Shown piece by piece: positions 60,616 through 64,000 of a stretch of 64,000 nt of DNA. Source of the DNA: Prorocentrum cordatum (Eukaryota). The notes under the pieces were generated by a model, which was not told where the DNA came from, made no database searches, and was given only the letters and a program-made list of their open reading frames with translations. Made by a program: the position numbers and the translations under genes. The stretch spans positions 372,001 to 436,000 of the forward strand of contig CAUYUJ010000126.1 of assembly GCA_963575745.1 (NCBI GenBank), read 5' to 3'. Positions within the stretch are counted from its first letter, which is position 1. Each line of letters opens with the position of its first letter.

Positions 60616-61955
60616 TTCCCCAGCCATCCTGTGGTGTTGGGCCCTCGTTATAAAGAGACGGTCCCCGCATCCCTCCTCTCCTCTCCTCTCCTCTCCTCTC
60701 CTCTCCTCTCCTCTCCTCTCTTCCTCCTCCTCCTCCTCCTCCTCCTCCTCCTCCTCCTCCGCCGTCTCATCCACTCCTCGTCCCTCCGTCTCCTCCTCCT
60801 CCTCCTCCTCCTCTTCCGCCTCCTCCTCCTCCTCCTCCTCCTCCTCCTTCTCCCACTTTGGCACACCCAATCACACGCTCCGTGGCCCAATGGGGAACTA
60901 CACCTAAGGCCCTAGTGGCTGCACCAGCATGCCGCCACCCCATCATGGTGGCATGCCCATCGCACGCTTCGTGGCCCCATAGGAAGCTCCACCTGAGGCC
61001 TCAATGGCTGCCCCCGCATGTCGCCAACCCCTCACTTTGGTACACCCCTCACACGCTCCGTGGCCACACAAGGAGCTCCACCACCTGAGGCCTCAATGGC
61101 TGCGCCCGCATGCCGCCACCCCCTCATTTTGGCACACCCCTCGCACGCTCCGTGTCCCCATAGGGAGCTCCACCCAAGGTCCCAGTGGCTGCGCCCGCAT
61201 GACGCCACCCCTTCATGTTCGCACACCCCTCGCACGTTTCGTGGCCCCATAAAATACTACACATGAAGCCTCAGTGGCTGCGCCCGCACCCTGCCACCCC
61301 CTCATTTCGGCACACCCCTCACACGCTTGGTGGCCCCACAAGGAGCTCCACCTAAGGCCCCAACGGCTGCGCTCGCATGCCGCCACCCTTTCATTTATGC
61401 ACACCCCTCTCACACGCTTCCTGGCCCCATACGGAACTCCACCTAAAGCCCACAGTGACTGCGCCCGCATGCCGCCACCCCCTCACTGTGGCGCACCCCT
61501 CACACGTTTCGTGGCCCCATAGGAAGCTCCACCGATGGCCCTAGTGGCTGCGCCCGCATGCTGCCACCCCCTCATTTCGGCACACGCCTCACGCGTGTCG
61601 TGGTCCCATAGGGAGCTCCACCTAAGGACTCAGCGCTCACATGTCGCCACCCCCATTACTTTGGCGCACTCCGCACACGTCTCGTGGCCCCATAAAAAAA
61701 GGGGTTCCACCTAAAAACCCAGCGGTTGCGCCCGCATGCGGCCACCCCCTCACTCTGACACACCCATCACACGTTCATGGCCCCACAGGGAGCTACACCT
61801 AAGGCTCCATGCGTCCGCATGCTGCCACCCCCTCATTTTGGCACACACCCCACCTGCCTTCACGCAGCCCGGCTCCGTCGGGAGCTCCACCGAAGGCGGT
61901 TCTCACGCTGGCGGCACTCACAACTGCATATGGTTGGGTCCTTCGCCAAGATATT
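60616..61955 (+). mobile_element. Helentron/DINE-like element copy 4, inverted and more diverged
   Basis: Starts ttccccagccatcctgtggtgttggg and ends atggttgggtccttcgccaagatatt. Confidence 0.68.
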
Positions 61956-62219
61956 GACTTACAGAGCACCGCGTAATCGCATGTCTGGCGAAAGGCACAG
62001 CACGGAGGATCGGTTGAAATCAACACTGGCTCGACGGGGCACCACGCACCGAAGACATCCTGACTACCATCGCACGGTTCGGAAATTACCCAGGCGAAGG
62101 ACCGTGGGTACCACCGCGGTGAAAACCGCAATCGGTTGAGCTCCCGACGGGGCCGCGGAACGCCATGCAGGCGCTGCCGCTGGGGCAGGTCGCAAGTGGG
62201 GATGCGGGGGTCAGCCCAG

Positions 62220-62820
62220 AACAGGGTGTGCCAAAATGAGGGGGTGGCGGCATGCGGGCGCAGCCACTGGGGCCTTGGGTGGAGCTCCCTATGAGGCCAC
62301 AAAACGTATGAGGAGTGTCACAAAAATGAAGGGGGCGGCATGCGAGCGCAGCCGTTGGGGCCTTAGGTGGAGCTAGTTCGGTAATGCTCCTTATGGGATC
62401 ACGAAGCGTGGGAAGGGGTGTGCCAAACTGAAGAGGTGGCAGCATGCGGGCGCCGCCACTGAGGCCTTAGGTGGAGCCCCCCGCCACGAAACGTGTCAGG
62501 GGTGTGCCAAAGTGAGGGGGTGGAGGCATGCGGGCGCAGCCATTGGGTCCTTCGGTGGTGCCTCCGATGTGACCACGAAACGTGTCAGGGGTGTGCCAAA
62601 ATGAAAGGGGGGCGGCATGCAGGCGCAGCCATTTGGGCCTTATGTGGCGCCCCCTTATAGGGACAACGAAACGTGCGAGGGGTGTGCCAAAATGAGGTGG
62701 TGGCGGCATGCGGGCGCAACCACTGCGGGCCTTAGGTGGAGTTCCGTATGGGGCCAAGAAACGTGTGAGGGGTATACCAAAATGGAGGGGTGGCGGCATG
62801 CGGTCGCAGTCACTGATGCG
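62220..62820. repeat. Further diverged ~90-bp satellite units
   Basis: ggggtgtgccaaaatgagggggtggcggcatgcgggcgcagccactgg repeats. Confidence 0.85.
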
Positions 62821-63199
62821 TGCTTTAGCTGTGTTTCCAGGCTCGCGCGGCGCGAGCTCAGGTGCAGGCGGCCCAGTCGGCCACCATGGGCGCTGGCGGG
62901 AGGCGCAAGCCTGTGGAGGAGGGAAGCAGAGCGGCCAAAGAACAGGCGAGCCACAAGGGCCAAACCGCCGCCGCCCTGCCAGCCCCAAAATTCAGACCAA
63001 CATCTCATCTCGTTCCCGGCGGACTTGGTTCTTTCCCGGTGAACTATGTTGTTTCCCGGCGCGGCGCCGGGAGAGAGTTCAGTTTGGTGTGGCTTTTGAA
63101 AACAAGCCTCGCGCGTCGGTTTTCGAAAAAGCCGCTGGCACCGTAATGGTTGGCACCTTAGCTTCGCAGGGGACAAGCCGGGAAAGAGTCCACATGTGA

Positions 63200-63264
63200 A
63201 CACTACGACTACTAATACCACGACCACCACTACTAGCGCTACTACTAATACTACGACTACTACG

Positions 63265-63296
<32 letters not shown>

Positions 63297-63528
63297 CACC
63301 ACCACCACCACCACCACCACCACCACTCCTCCTCCTCCTCCTCCTCCTCCTCTTCCTCCTCCTCCTCCTCCTCCTCCTCCTCCTCCTCCTCCTCCTCCTC
63401 CTCCTCCTACTCCTACTCCTANNNNNNNNNNNNNNNNNNNNNNNNNNNNNNNNNNNNNNNNNNNNNNNNNNNNNNNNNNNNNNNNNNNNNNNNNNNNNNN
63501 NNNNNNNNNNNNNNNNNNNNNGACTACG

Positions 63529-63586
<58 letters not shown>

Positions 63587-63688
63587 ATACTACTACAACG
63601 ACTACGACTACGACTACGACTACGACTACGACTACTAGTACTATTTCTTCTTCTACTACCACTACTACTACTACTGCTGCTACTACTG

Positions 63689-63719
<31 letters not shown>

Positions 63720-63810
63720 CACTACCACTACCACTACCACTACAACTACCACTACGACTACTGTTACTACTACTACTACTACTACCACACCTACTACACC
63801 TACTACTTCG

Positions 63811-63853
<43 letters not shown>

Positions 63854-63854
63854 T

Positions 63855-63902
<48 letters not shown>

Positions 63903-63905
63903 ACT

Positions 63906-63965
<60 letters not shown>

Positions 63966-64000
63966 GACTACTACTACTACGACTACTACGACTACTACGA
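63200..64000. repeat. (TAC)n/(CAC)n/(TCC)n microsatellite with an assembly gap at 63422-63521
   Basis: Direct inspection. Confidence 0.97.

Noticed and set aside
54317..60907. Regularly spaced ~90-bp repeats resembling a CRISPR array or a repeat protein
   Set aside because: Units are contiguous with no unique spacers, there are no cas genes and the context is eukaryotic; it is a satellite.

Overview
This is repeat-dense eukaryotic genomic DNA, almost certainly from a dinoflagellate. The evidence is a near-perfect 22-nt dinoflagellate spliced leader with relict copies, GC/GA/GT donor sites, AG|G acceptors, tiny exons and very long introns; the high GC would suit Prorocentrum, but that is inference. 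Most ORF-track entries are artefacts of high GC and microsatellites. One host gene was reconstructed by hand: six minus-strand micro-exons (27-52 nt) spread over 36.5 kb splice in frame to 81 aa of an ESF2/ABT1 pre-rRNA processing protein. Its introns hold three retroelements. (1) A complete tyrosine-recombinase retrotransposon with Ngaro/PAT-type split direct repeats, integrated at a CATAA core in a ~60-bp satellite. (2) A full-length APE-RT-RNase H LINE with a spliced leader plus two relict leaders at its 5' end, sitting in a (TCC)n tract. (3) A 5'-truncated second LINE in a (GAT)n tract. At 44-54 kb a degenerate plus-strand multi-ORF block pairs an SF3 (CRESS-Rep-like) helicase gene, preceded by a relict spliced leader, with a Merlin/IS1595-type transposase. 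At 54-63 kb are Helentron/DINE-like non-autonomous elements carrying a ~90-bp satellite. The decayed elements show an apparent A/T-to-G/C substitution trend. There are two assembly gaps.
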